From the IMG/VR virus record IMGVR_UViG_3300025413_000002, positions 3,044 through 67,043 of that record: a DNA stretch of 64,000 nt; one strand, written 5' to 3'. A program made the translations under genes and the position numbers. The notes beneath the pieces were generated by a model. That model worked only from the letters and a program-made list of their open reading frames with translations, was not told the DNA's origin and made no database searches. This document shows positions 49,016-58,039 of the stretch, in pieces; the first letter of the stretch is position 1, and each line of letters opens with the position of its first letter. The DNA is from a virus.

Positions 49016-49614
49016 TACTTTCCTTGTAAAACCCAATTAGCAAATTCAATTAGCTCTGCTTTACTAGCATCTCTTTTCATACAGTTAGCAAACATACTTA
49101 TTACTTGGATGTTGCCCCTCACATAGCCTTTTTTAGGGTCAATTTTATCTATACTGGGCGACCACTTACTAAATCCAACCCCCCTATCAGCAAACTTTTT
49201 ATTAAAAACAGGACATCTAGAAGGGGCTATTTCTTTTACATATGTTGCTAATTCTGCTACGTTTTTGAAGCCTAAAGGTATGCCTTTCTTTTTCGCCGAA
49301 TAAAAAACTCCTGAAGCTCGTTTGTACCAAATACTATTAGAGGGCACATGCACGCCGTTATTTACTTTAATACTCTGCTTTGCTCTAGGGTTTTTAGCAC
49401 CTGTAAAATCTCTTTTGCTTGCTAGTGTCGGTCTAATTTCTTCTCGTAAACAACCACATGAAGCGGAATGTCCTGAAGTTAAATTAGAACCCGCCACAGT
49501 ACGAACCCTTCCGCAATCACAAACACACTTCCACATTGTTTGATATGTTCTAGGTGCAGTATCAACTACACGCCATCTACCAAACCGTTTACCTTCTAAA
49601 TCAAGTCTTTTCAT
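49015..49614 (-). CDS. HNH-type homing endonuclease
   Basis: GKRFGRW..WKCVCDCG..SCGC N-domain and SPSIDKIDPKKGYVRGNIQVIS..AN..K. Confidence 0.8.
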   Translation of the reverse strand: MKRLDLEGKRFGRWRVVDTAPRTYQTMWKCVCDCGRVRTVAGSNLTSGHSASCGCLREEIRPTLASKRDFTGAKNPRAKQSIKVNNGVHVPSNSIWYKRASGVFYSAKKKGIPLGFKNVAELATYVKEIAPSRCPVFNKKFADRGVGFSKWSPSIDKIDPKKGYVRGNIQVISMFANCMKRDASKAELIEFANWVLQGK

Positions 49615-49646
49615 GTATTCCTCCGTAGCTTACTACGTATTATACA

Positions 49647-49919
49647 TTACTTCTCTAAGCCCTTCATGGTCAGAATGATTCCAACTGCTTCGCTTAGCTT
49701 TTGGTCAGGGTCTACTGCATAGAACTCATATGTCCAATCGGGGCCTCGTTGATTTGGCACATAAGTCCCAATCTCCAAGATGTAACGACTGTTCATAGTC
49801 TTAATAAGACCGATACGATGGTTTACAGTCATACCACGCTCATCATCAGGGATTACTGTTCTAATATCCCCAAACATATTTGTTTCCAACCCTAACCACT
49901 TTAAAATTAACTTTCTCAT
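49647..49919 (-). CDS. Hypothetical protein
   Basis: Likely start MRKLILKWLG at 49919. Confidence 0.55.
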   Translation of the reverse strand: MRKLILKWLGLETNMFGDIRTVIPDDERGMTVNHRIGLIKTMNSRYILEIGTYVPNQRGPDWTYEFYAVDPDQKLSEAVGIILTMKGLEK

Positions 49920-49920
49920 G

Positions 49921-50301
49921 CTATAACCCCCTTGCTTTCTTTTCTGCGTGTTCATACCAAAAACGGATGAAGTTTTTAAGTGCTTCTTTACTTGTGCCGA
50001 TGTGAATAAGCGTGCCATCTTTTTGTATTGCCTCAATGTTTGTAACCTCCATGCCATCGTCGGTATCCCCTTCAATCAGCAATACAACAATGTCTTCTTT
50101 AGTGGCTAGGCGTTTAAGGAGAATCTCTTGCCCCATGCTAATCTTTTCACTTGGTCGCTTCCACTCACCAATAAGAAAATGCCCAAAACGCTCAATCACC
50201 ATATCCAAGTTGGATGGCAACAACTTTGGATTACTAGGGATAACCCCAATAAGGTCGGTGAAGTCCGTATGCTTTGCATCAGGGTTACGCATGGCGGTCA
50301 T
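49921..50301 (-). CDS. Putative PD-(D/E)XK-like small protein
   Basis: PSNLD..IER.G.FLIGEWK...GQ. Confidence 0.5.
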   Translation of the reverse strand: MTAMRNPDAKHTDFTDLIGVIPSNPKLLPSNLDMVIERFGHFLIGEWKRPSEKISMGQEILLKRLATKEDIVVLLIEGDTDDGMEVTNIEAIQKDGTLIHIGTSKEALKNFIRFWYEHAEKKARGL

Positions 50302-50753
50302 TTACTTTGACCCCCTAATAAGTTTCCCAAACTGCTCAAGCCCCCTAATGATGCTTGTTGATATGGGTTCTGTGCTTGTTGAGCCTTTATTCGTTGCTGA
50401 GCCTGATGCGCCTCGTAAGCCATTTGCATTGATTGCATTTGTAGTGCTTGTTGATGGAGAGCCATGTGTTGAGCGTGGGTCTGACCACCCGAAAGCATAG
50501 CGCTCTTTAGCTCTATATCGGATGGTGTCTGTGACTTTGGGTCGAGGAGTTCCTCCATTACTCGTGCATGGAATCTGTTTAAACTTATTTTCTTTTTACC
50601 TTCTTGGTAAGCCGTTTTATCTTCTTCACTTAAATGGTGTTCAAAATCCTCATAGATTGCATCCCATTTACTACGTCCTAAATTAAGGCTGTAGTTAAAC
50701 TCATCAGGGTTGCTTTCCATGCGCTTTAATAGAATCTCTATGGTTGGGTTCAT
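50298..50753 (-). CDS. RMESNP-family protein, paralogue 1
   Basis: ILLKRMESNPDEF. Confidence 0.65.
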   Translation of the reverse strand: MNPTIEILLKRMESNPDEFNYSLNLGRSKWDAIYEDFEHHLSEEDKTAYQEGKKKISLNRFHARVMEELLDPKSQTPSDIELKSAMLSGGQTHAQHMALHQQALQMQSMQMAYEAHQAQQRIKAQQAQNPYQQASLGGLSSLGNLLGGQSK

Positions 50754-51241
50754 AGCACTCTCCTCTTAATCGTTTCTAGTTCTTCTTCGCTGATGCTTGT
50801 GTTTCCTATGTTTAAAGTGACTGCATAAGACGTGTTTGGAAAAGAAGCCCATGTCGTTCCTGTTCCAGCACCACTACTAACTAATGCAGACCCCCCCAAG
50901 CCCGAATTCCCCAAAACCACGTTTGGGGCTGACGTCATAGGAGATGATAGTTCCCTTGCCTCAGCAAGAATTTCTCGCATTACATAGTCATCAAAGCGTT
51001 TGCGTAGGAATTTGCAATAGCCGTCATAGATTGCATTTTGTTCGGCAGCCGTAAGTCCACTTAAATGATTTGGGAAAGGTAATTTATCGCTGCCAGCTTC
51101 TTTTGCAATAACTAATTGCTCGAGTATGCGCCCCCACTTGCCGTAGTTACCACTACTGACATTGAACTCCTCAGGGTTACTTTCCATGCGTTTGAGAATA
51201 ATCTGCACGCCTGTGCAGAACTCAGGGTTTTGTTCTTTCAT
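50750..51241 (-). CDS. RMESNP-family protein, paralogue 2
   Basis: GVQIILKRMESNPEEF. Confidence 0.65.
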   Translation of the reverse strand: MKEQNPEFCTGVQIILKRMESNPEEFNVSSGNYGKWGRILEQLVIAKEAGSDKLPFPNHLSGLTAAEQNAIYDGYCKFLRKRFDDYVMREILAEARELSSPMTSAPNVVLGNSGLGGSALVSSGAGTGTTWASFPNTSYAVTLNIGNTSISEEELETIKRRVL

Positions 51242-51533
51242 GCGTTAATCCTTTTAGTATCTCATCTAACATTGTTAGGTTCGTTTCATTGATAACCAAT
51301 GTAACGCCTCCAGCCTCATTTATTTTTTGTAGTTCTCGTTCTTGTAGAGCCGTTGGCTTGTTGTCGCCAGCTTTGCACTCTATGGCTAGGAATTTACCGC
51401 GCACGCAACATATGATGTCGGGGATTCCTGAACGCCCAAACCCAGTCATAACTGGGTAGAAATAATATGCGCCGTATTGCTTGAGCAACTTAACGCAATT
51501 CTCTTTTACTTTCTTTTCGGGTGTGCTTGCCAT
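51222..51533 (-). CDS. VRR-NUC domain nuclease (resolvase-like)
   Basis: PEKKVK, GIPDII, FLAIECKA..KPTALQ, AGG. Confidence 0.88.
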   Translation of the reverse strand: MASTPEKKVKENCVKLLKQYGAYYFYPVMTGFGRSGIPDIICCVRGKFLAIECKAGDNKPTALQERELQKINEAGGVTLVINETNLTMLDEILKGLTHERTKP

Positions 51534-51539
51534 GCCACG

Positions 51540-51567
51540 ATTATAACATGGTTCTTTACTCTGTCAA
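51540..51567 (-). promoter_or_regulatory. Sigma70-type promoter TTGACA-16-TATAAT
   Basis: Perfect consensus boxes just upstream of the VRR-NUC ATG, so the transcript is probably leaderless or nearly so. Confidence 0.8.
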
Positions 51568-51604
51568 AGAGTTTATTATATTTATTTTATGGGGGTTAAT
51601 ACTA

Positions 51605-51769
51605 GGTGGGAATGAGGGGTTAGTATATTAGCACGCCCCTCGTCGTGTTCGTGAAAGGTGGGTAGTGAGGAATCAACCTTTGTGCCTAGACCCCAGCTAC
51701 CACGACAACTCGCTTACCGCATATACAAGACATCATAAGCTATTGTCTTTTACGAAATGCTCTAGGCAC
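51605..51769 (+). ncRNA. Candidate multi-pseudoknot structured element
   Basis: At least seven complementary segment pairs in an intergenic gap; G-U wobbles favour the + strand. Confidence 0.55.
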
Positions 51770-51777
51770 TTAGTTCT

Positions 51778-52170
51778 TTACTTCCTACGCTCAAGTATAG
51801 GTAGGTTTGCTTCTGTCGGAATGTAGATAACTTGGTTTTGAGTATGTTCCAAATTGTTTACAAACAGATAACGCAAATAATCTTCGTTGTTCTTTAAGCT
51901 ATCGCCAATAATCTGATTCGCTTTGGCTACGCCCTTAGCACGCTCTACTTCAGCATTAGCTAGCATTGTAGCGGAATCCATCTTAGCTTGCGCTTCTTGC
52001 ACCATCACTTGCTTACTGAAATTGGCTTTCGCCAACTCAGCTTCGCCCTCCATCTTTTGGTGGTAAACATTATACATAGGCATACCATACATACAACTAC
52101 CTACACCCGATGCAATAACAAACACAACCAATGCACCTAACTTGATAAGTGATTTTAAATCATCATTCAT
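51778..52170 (-). CDS. Membrane-anchored SPFH-like coiled-coil protein
   Basis: TM helix, EAELAKA/EAQAK repeats, YLRYL, VIYIPTEANLPILE. Confidence 0.65.
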   Translation of the reverse strand: MNDDLKSLIKLGALVVFVIASGVGSCMYGMPMYNVYHQKMEGEAELAKANFSKQVMVQEAQAKMDSATMLANAEVERAKGVAKANQIIGDSLKNNEDYLRYLFVNNLEHTQNQVIYIPTEANLPILERRK

Positions 52171-52637
52171 TTTACTTTCTCCATGTTAGCAATCTCACGC
52201 TTTAGATACCACTCGGCTTTCTTTAAGTCCTCAATCTTCATGCCTTTGTAGTGCGCACGAGATACATACTTCACAACATTACCCAAGTTATAACCCAACT
52301 GCTTAGCTTCGATAAAATCAATCGTTTCAATACCACCAGTTTTGTAGTGGCTTGGGCTATTCACATTGTCCACGCTAAAGTCCATGACTTTATATTGATT
52401 ACCGCTAACGCCTTGGAATACTCCAGCACCCACCGCCTTAACTGTTTCACTACCAATTCTAGCTTTCGGTTTCTTTTTAACTGCAACATCACCAGCCTTA
52501 AACAATTTGTGCTTGACTACATACACATAGTTCACATCTACACCTGTTGCCTTGGCAATCTCGGTAGGCTTTGCACCTTGGTTACGCTTTAAGAAAGCCT
52601 CGACCTTTTGTGCTTTTGTATACGCTTTACGACCCAT
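52167..52637 (-). CDS. HTH fused to a DUF3310 (SaV-like) domain
   Basis: KPTEIAKATGV N-terminus; VNSPSHY..GGIETIDFI..NVVKY..RA..EDLKKAEWYL. Confidence 0.8.
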   Translation of the reverse strand: MGRKAYTKAQKVEAFLKRNQGAKPTEIAKATGVDVNYVYVVKHKLFKAGDVAVKKKPKARIGSETVKAVGAGVFQGVSGNQYKVMDFSVDNVNSPSHYKTGGIETIDFIEAKQLGYNLGNVVKYVSRAHYKGMKIEDLKKAEWYLKREIANMEKVK

Positions 52638-52638
52638 C

Positions 52639-52809
52639 TCACTTCTCCTTGTTGATAAAATTAACTAACACTTTTCGCATCTCGGCTTGCCATTTATGCG
52701 AATACTTCCCCTTAAAAAACTCTACTATCTCTGTGGATAGTCTGATACTGGTGCTGATAAGTGGGGGGTTCTTTCCTTTCCCCCTCGTTCTCTTTTTAAC
52801 TTCTTCCAT
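52639..52809 (-). CDS. BrnA antitoxin-like ribbon-helix-helix protein
   Basis: RGKGKNP..TSIRLSTEIVEFFK...WQAEMRKVL. Confidence 0.7.
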   Translation of the reverse strand: MEEVKKRTRGKGKNPPLISTSIRLSTEIVEFFKGKYSHKWQAEMRKVLVNFINKEK

Positions 52810-52810
52810 A

Positions 52811-52999
52811 TCAATCCTTCTTTCCAAACTCGTAATCGGTTCGGTATTCAGATGGTGGAATCCAACCATACTTACGCCAAACCTTTTGCACATCTGCACC
52901 GCCCTGATATACAAACTTTGAATTTGTATCAATAGCCAATGGTAGTTCTGCTTTTGGCTTTTCTAGTTCCTGTTTGAATATATTTTTTAAACCTAACAT
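52811..52999 (-). CDS. Small early protein
   Basis: GGGAG SD; ATG lies within the palindrome; WRKYGWIPPS. Confidence 0.7.
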   Translation of the reverse strand: MLGLKNIFKQELEKPKAELPLAIDTNSKFVYQGGADVQKVWRKYGWIPPSEYRTDYEFGKKD

Positions 53000-53015
53000 T
53001 GTTAGTTCTCCCTAG

Positions 53016-53879
53016 TTAAACAACCACATATGAATCTTCGGTAGCACGATAACCCATACCCTCAACTACTGTATTTACTGCAACCAACTTCAACATACCT
53101 AACTTCAACTTCAACTCTTGAGGCAACTGCTCAGTAGGGCACATAGTAGTCCCGCCCTTGTTTCTAATGATGTATTCAGTATCCCTAATTAGAATGGTAG
53201 ATGCCTCGCCAGCATGAAATGCCTTCTTGAGGGCTTCATTTATTTGTAGCTTCTCATGGGCTTCCATATACTTAGCGCAACAATCTTTACCCTCTTGGTT
53301 TAGAGTAGCTACAAAGTTATCCCAATTATCCCTAACATACTGAGCCATCGTAGATTGCAAACCGTTGTAATAACCCCTTGTATCTTGGTTAGCCTTACCC
53401 ACTAAGCGATTCAGATTATCACTTACCTCGCTTAGGGCTTTCTCAAAATACTCATCAGTAGTCTTAGGACTGAAATGCTTTTTAACCAAACGCAAAGCCA
53501 CATCTAACTTAGTAGTCTTGGTGCATGACTGTCTGTCTTTCGTTGCTGAGATTCGGTCATTACCCACTACCCATTGGTCGCCCCGACTATAACTTCGGTC
53601 ATAGGCAATATAGCCAAGCATCTCACGCTTTTCATAAACGCCAAATGTTGTGGCTAAACGAACTCGAGTCCCATCAGCCAATCTTTCATGATAGTTTCCT
53701 CTTGTTGCAACAAAAGTCCAATGGGGATTGCGATTGATTAGTTCGGTCAGCAAGGTAGCCAAGTGGGGAATAACACCGCCCAACTGTTCACCCCTGTTGT
53801 TCTCCGCATACTTATCAAAGTCTACGCTAGGAAATTTATCCTTCGGGATACACTTCATCTCATCACTCATTTTCTGCAT
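53016..53879 (-). CDS. Hypothetical early protein
   Basis: 287 aa, C-terminal LP.ELKLKLGMLKL..VEGMG. Confidence 0.7.
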   Translation of the reverse strand: MQKMSDEMKCIPKDKFPSVDFDKYAENNRGEQLGGVIPHLATLLTELINRNPHWTFVATRGNYHERLADGTRVRLATTFGVYEKREMLGYIAYDRSYSRGDQWVVGNDRISATKDRQSCTKTTKLDVALRLVKKHFSPKTTDEYFEKALSEVSDNLNRLVGKANQDTRGYYNGLQSTMAQYVRDNWDNFVATLNQEGKDCCAKYMEAHEKLQINEALKKAFHAGEASTILIRDTEYIIRNKGGTTMCPTEQLPQELKLKLGMLKLVAVNTVVEGMGYRATEDSYVVV

Positions 53880-54132
53880 TACCTTTCAATAGTTTAATTA
53901 ACGCCAACGCTTCTTTCCTGTGTTTAATCCTATCTGCTACTAAGTCCATACCTTGCCATACTTGATACCGCCCTCGTCTTGGCATTATTAGTCTTGGTGC
54001 ATTAAATATGTTTTGGTATGTGTTTTCAAACAAGCTATTGATTAGTTGCATCTTAGTAGTGCCCATAGATTGTGCCAATGCTTGCGTATAGGATTTACCC
54101 ATCTGCACAAACACCTCATCGCTTACGCCCAT
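53863..54132 (-). CDS. Hypothetical early protein
   Basis: 89 aa, coupled to neighbours. Confidence 0.55.
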   Translation of the reverse strand: MGVSDEVFVQMGKSYTQALAQSMGTTKMQLINSLFENTYQNIFNAPRLIMPRRGRYQVWQGMDLVADRIKHRKEALALIKLLKGNAENE

Positions 54133-54482
54133 TATCTTTTCCTCACTTTCGGCTTAGGCGCACCCAACAACTTACGCATTACCGCTTGCTCATACTCTTG
54201 TCGATACAAACTATGTAACTTTTCTTGCAACAATTTTTTCTCATACTCAGTTAGATAAAACTCGGGTATGGCTAAACTTAATTCTTCACCATCTTCTACT
54301 AACTGGCTCATTGGTCTAGTAGGTAGAAAGTGATACCACTTGCTGTCGCTAATTGAATCTCCGTAGTTCTCTATATCACCAAACACAAACTCAAGCGGGT
54401 TAGAATCCATACGCTGAAGCAACAACTCAACACCCTTACTTACTGTATCTTCTTTCATTTCTCTCCCACCTTTCTGATACAT
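54132..54482 (-). CDS. RMESNP-family protein, paralogue 3
   Basis: GVELLLQRMDSNPLEF. Confidence 0.65.
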   Translation of the reverse strand: MYQKGGREMKEDTVSKGVELLLQRMDSNPLEFVFGDIENYGDSISDSKWYHFLPTRPMSQLVEDGEELSLAIPEFYLTEYEKKLLQEKLHSLYRQEYEQAVMRKLLGAPKPKVRKR

Positions 54483-55234
54483 ACTTGGTCGCCATCGTGA
54501 TACAACTCCGCTTTACCTTCATGCAACGCTTCAAATACTTTCATGGTTATCAGCTTATGAAAGCGCAACTCTAATACTGCTTTAACCCACAAACCTAACA
54601 ATGTTAGGATTACCGCAAATAAAAACATATCTGAATAAGTTAGTTCAATCATTTAATTCTCCTGTAATAACTTCGCATACCCTCTAGCTTCCTTAGCCGT
54701 TAGGTATTGTTTAATAATCGCAACTGGATAAGTGTTTCTATAAGTTCCCACATAAGTTTGAGCCTTGACCACCGCCCAGTTCCCCTTCTTAATCATATGC
54801 GCCATGTATACATAGTTTGGTCTAGGTTCATCTGTGTTATCCCACATCACTTCCTCTCCTCAGGTTTACCAGCTAGCTTGCCAATGCGATAGATAGAGTC
54901 AGGCAATATGGTTATGGTGAATTTGCCCGCATCGTCTTGCTCCCACACATGGAATGTATTAGGTGCATTAGAGTTATATTTCTCATCAAACATCTCAGCT
55001 TTAGTTAGCATCTCACCTAGCCTTAGGGCATCCTCAGTATCTACAATGTAGCTTTTGTAGCCGAGGTTAATCACACACTTACTCATAGTCGAAATCTCCT
55101 GTGTCGATTTTGTCTTGCAATAGGACAATCGCTTGCATCCAACCCGCCCTAAAATACTGACGAGCCATGTTTCCAAACGAGCCAGCTTCCACCTCAGGGA
55201 ATAAATCATCAAACTCTTCCTCCCATCTTTCCAT
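54455..55234 (-). other. Small early ORFs 54455-54652 (TM), 54653-54850, 54847-55086, 55079-55234
   Basis: Coupled ORFs with SDs; 55079-55234 (MERWEEEFDD...) translated by hand. Confidence 0.55.
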
Positions 55235-55245
55235 TTCATATCCTC

Positions 55246-56451
55246 CTAGTTCACATAGATAGTCTTACCAACGGGAGCAACCGCATTACCCCCACCAACA
55301 ATCGCCCACAACATCGGCACATCTTGCCACTCCTCAGGTGTTCCCCAATCACCGATATATCCATCAGTTAGATTGATGATGCACTCAGGCTTGATACTTT
55401 GTTCCTTCAAGTGGTGCGCCATACATCTTGGGTCTGTGCCACCACCGCCCATTACTTTAGTCTCACTAACAATGTTAGATACTGCTGAACCCTCATACTG
55501 CTCATGGTTTGCTACTGACGCATCCCAATACACTAGGTCAATCTTCTGTGGCGATACCTCATTCACAATGCCTTGCACTTCACTCAAACAATCAGCAATC
55601 TCCCTAGCACCTTGACTACCGCTAGTGTCAATGCCAATCGCAATATGTCCAATCTTCTCACTCACCATGCTAGGCATATAACAATCCATCGCTAAGTATC
55701 TGCGATTAGGTCTGCGCCATGATGATGAATCACGACCAGCGCATACAGTCTTAACAAACTCACGCAACTGTTCACGCCAATCCACCTTAGGGTTTAACAA
55801 TTCATCTAGCTCACGATTCATACCCATACCGCCCTTGCCTTGCATTTTGGTTTGAGCTATCTGTCCTGAGCGCAACGCTTGGTCAATGTCCTTCTCGAGT
55901 TCCTTCTTGACTGCATCGGTTAGGTCTTGCGCCCCTTCCCAATCATGGTCATCGAACCCATCGCCACCGCTAAACCCTTCCTCTTTGAGAATGTCATACA
56001 CTTGCTTAGTATTCATACCCTCGAACCGCTTATCAACCAAGCCTATTACCTTGCCATCCTTCATTGGCATAGCAATCACATCTTGGTTAGGGTCTAGCTT
56101 TACTAACTGCAAATTGATTACATAATCACAAGCGGCATTAGTTAATTCCTTGTCTTGCTCTGCTAGCTTGCGCCATGTAAACAAATGACGATACGCTTTG
56201 TGCAACGCCTCATGCAATACAACGAACGCTAACTCCTTATCGTCTAACATCTTGACGAACTCACGCCCATATATCTCATCACGACCATTGGTGCAAGCAC
56301 TAGGAATATCATCACGCACATAAGTCTTACCGACCATGAGGATACCTGACCACAATGCAAACCTAGCATTACGCATCAAGGCAATCTTCACCTTCTTGAG
56401 TCTGCGTTCTTCCTTGCCATCGCTTACAACTTCGTTTGTCTTATCTAACAT
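55246..56451 (-). CDS. Metallopeptidase-like (DUF2201) plus VWA domain protein
   Basis: TNG, HEALH, NAACDYVIN; MIDAS DTSGS, GGGTD, LTDG. Confidence 0.88.
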   Translation of the reverse strand: MLDKTNEVVSDGKEERRLKKVKIALMRNARFALWSGILMVGKTYVRDDIPSACTNGRDEIYGREFVKMLDDKELAFVVLHEALHKAYRHLFTWRKLAEQDKELTNAACDYVINLQLVKLDPNQDVIAMPMKDGKVIGLVDKRFEGMNTKQVYDILKEEGFSGGDGFDDHDWEGAQDLTDAVKKELEKDIDQALRSGQIAQTKMQGKGGMGMNRELDELLNPKVDWREQLREFVKTVCAGRDSSSWRRPNRRYLAMDCYMPSMVSEKIGHIAIGIDTSGSQGAREIADCLSEVQGIVNEVSPQKIDLVYWDASVANHEQYEGSAVSNIVSETKVMGGGGTDPRCMAHHLKEQSIKPECIINLTDGYIGDWGTPEEWQDVPMLWAIVGGGNAVAPVGKTIYVN

Positions 56452-56461
56452 TGTTAGTTCC

Positions 56462-56614
56462 CTATATCAAATCACTCATCTTAGAAATACCTCGTTCATA
56501 AAGTAGCTTACGCAACTTACCCATAGCATGGTATTGAATCTGCCTGACTCGCTCTCTGCTTATGGTGTCCCGCTTAACTACCTTACGCTTTTTGGGCTTG
56601 GCTTCTTCGCTCAT
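56462..56614 (-). CDS. 50-aa peptide resembling sigma70 region 4.2 (not in ORF track)
   Basis: MSEEAKPKKRKVVKRDTISRERVRQIQYHAMGKLRKLLYERGISKMSDLI; ATG overlaps the ATPase stop. Confidence 0.7.
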   Translation of the reverse strand: MSEEAKPKKRKVVKRDTISRERVRQIQYHAMGKLRKLLYERGISKMSDLI

Positions 56615-57678
56615 AGCAAATCTTCATTCTTGGCAACCCACTCAGTAAACTTCTTAGAGCTAAATGCAATCGCTTGCTTAGTCGGGGCTTTAGCTACATT
56701 GATTGCAAAGCACGCTTGCCACTCGCTTTCAAATCTCTCCATGTATTGCATGAAGGTATCAATAGAGTTCTTATCAATCTTAGCAATCGCACCGAATACA
56801 GTAATCGCACAAGCACCAGCACTCTCAGGCACATGAGACTTTTTAGGGTCATTGAGGGTGTCCTCCCATGTAGGCAACTGGTCTGCATACTCGATATACG
56901 CTTGCATATCACGACTTGCTGACTCACCGACTGCGCCTGTCATCGCTGAAATCATAGTGTCTTGGTTCAACTTATCACGCTTTCTAACAATGTTAGATAC
57001 AGTCTCAAGTGAACGAGGCGATACAAATGCCGTTTGCACTTTCTTAGGGTTATAGATATACGGGTTATCATTCTGCCCTTCTTCGGTATAGCTAGCCATA
57101 GAGTGAGGGAATTGGCGAACCCATGCACATACCTCAGGTGCAATATCATTATTGATAGCCCATGCCAACCATTCCTCAGCGTTAGGTTTGCGAACTGTAA
57201 CTGGCACGATACGATTGCGAGTATGCGCTTTAAGACTATCGCCTACACCATCACTACCTAGATTGCCCGTCATGAAGATGATTGAATCAGGGTTTACTTC
57301 CACATCACCCAATCGTGGGTTTGCTTTCTCGAGTAATGGATGGAGCATATTCTTAACTGGCTCAGCACCCTTAGTGAACTCATCTAACATTGTTATAACT
57401 GGCTTACCTGTGTGCATCTTGAATCTGCGATTAGGGTAATAAGCCGTTGTGCGAGTTTCATGGTCTACTACTGGCATAGCAATATCGCCCAAGTCCATGT
57501 TCGGCACATCAATGTAGGCAATCTCATGAGATGGTAGCTTTGCGCCCAAAGCCTTAAGCAAAGATGATTTACCAATTCCTGGCTCGCCTTGTAATAGATA
57601 GCGATTCTCAGGGGTGGCGAGTAATAACTCAGATGCCTCAGCCAATGTAATTGTCTTACCAAAATGTAATTCAGCCAT
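56611..57678 (-). CDS. AAA+ ATPase (MoxR-like)
   Basis: GEPGIGKS Walker A, MLDEF Walker B, TGN sensor 1, RNR finger, SPRS sensor 2. Confidence 0.9.
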   Translation of the reverse strand: MAELHFGKTITLAEASELLLATPENRYLLQGEPGIGKSSLLKALGAKLPSHEIAYIDVPNMDLGDIAMPVVDHETRTTAYYPNRRFKMHTGKPVITMLDEFTKGAEPVKNMLHPLLEKANPRLGDVEVNPDSIIFMTGNLGSDGVGDSLKAHTRNRIVPVTVRKPNAEEWLAWAINNDIAPEVCAWVRQFPHSMASYTEEGQNDNPYIYNPKKVQTAFVSPRSLETVSNIVRKRDKLNQDTMISAMTGAVGESASRDMQAYIEYADQLPTWEDTLNDPKKSHVPESAGACAITVFGAIAKIDKNSIDTFMQYMERFESEWQACFAINVAKAPTKQAIAFSSKKFTEWVAKNEDLL

Positions 57679-57769
57679 TTCTACTTTTCCTTTTGTGTTT
57701 ATCTAACATTGTTATATTTACTGCGCTCTTTACTACAACTACTTACTACTTTATTATTTTTATACATCT

Positions 57770-57798
57770 ATTATATCAAACCGCACCACGAAATACAA
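57770..57798 (-). promoter_or_regulatory. Early promoter TTGTAT-17-TATAAT
   Basis: Shares CTTGTATTTCGTGGTGC with the 61301 promoter. Confidence 0.85.
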
Positions 57799-58039
57799 GT
57801 TATCTAGTCAGTCTTGGACTAGAGATAAATATGCTCTCGCTCTTTTTAAACTCATAAATCTTTTAACCTTTATCGCTTCCTTTATTGGATTACCACTAGA
57901 GTATGTTGTTATCCTATTGCTTCGAACCAATACCAAGTCAAATAACAAATAGGGGAATCTCGGGAAGCTAGGTAGCACCCAATAAGACTCACGCCAACTA
58001 CTTTCCCATTGAACTCCGCTTGCACCCATGCCTCTCCCC

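Noticed and set aside
47192-49614. Group I intron or intein in the polymerase
   Set aside because: Polymerase motifs are contiguous in one ORF, and the HNH lies upstream as a free-standing gene
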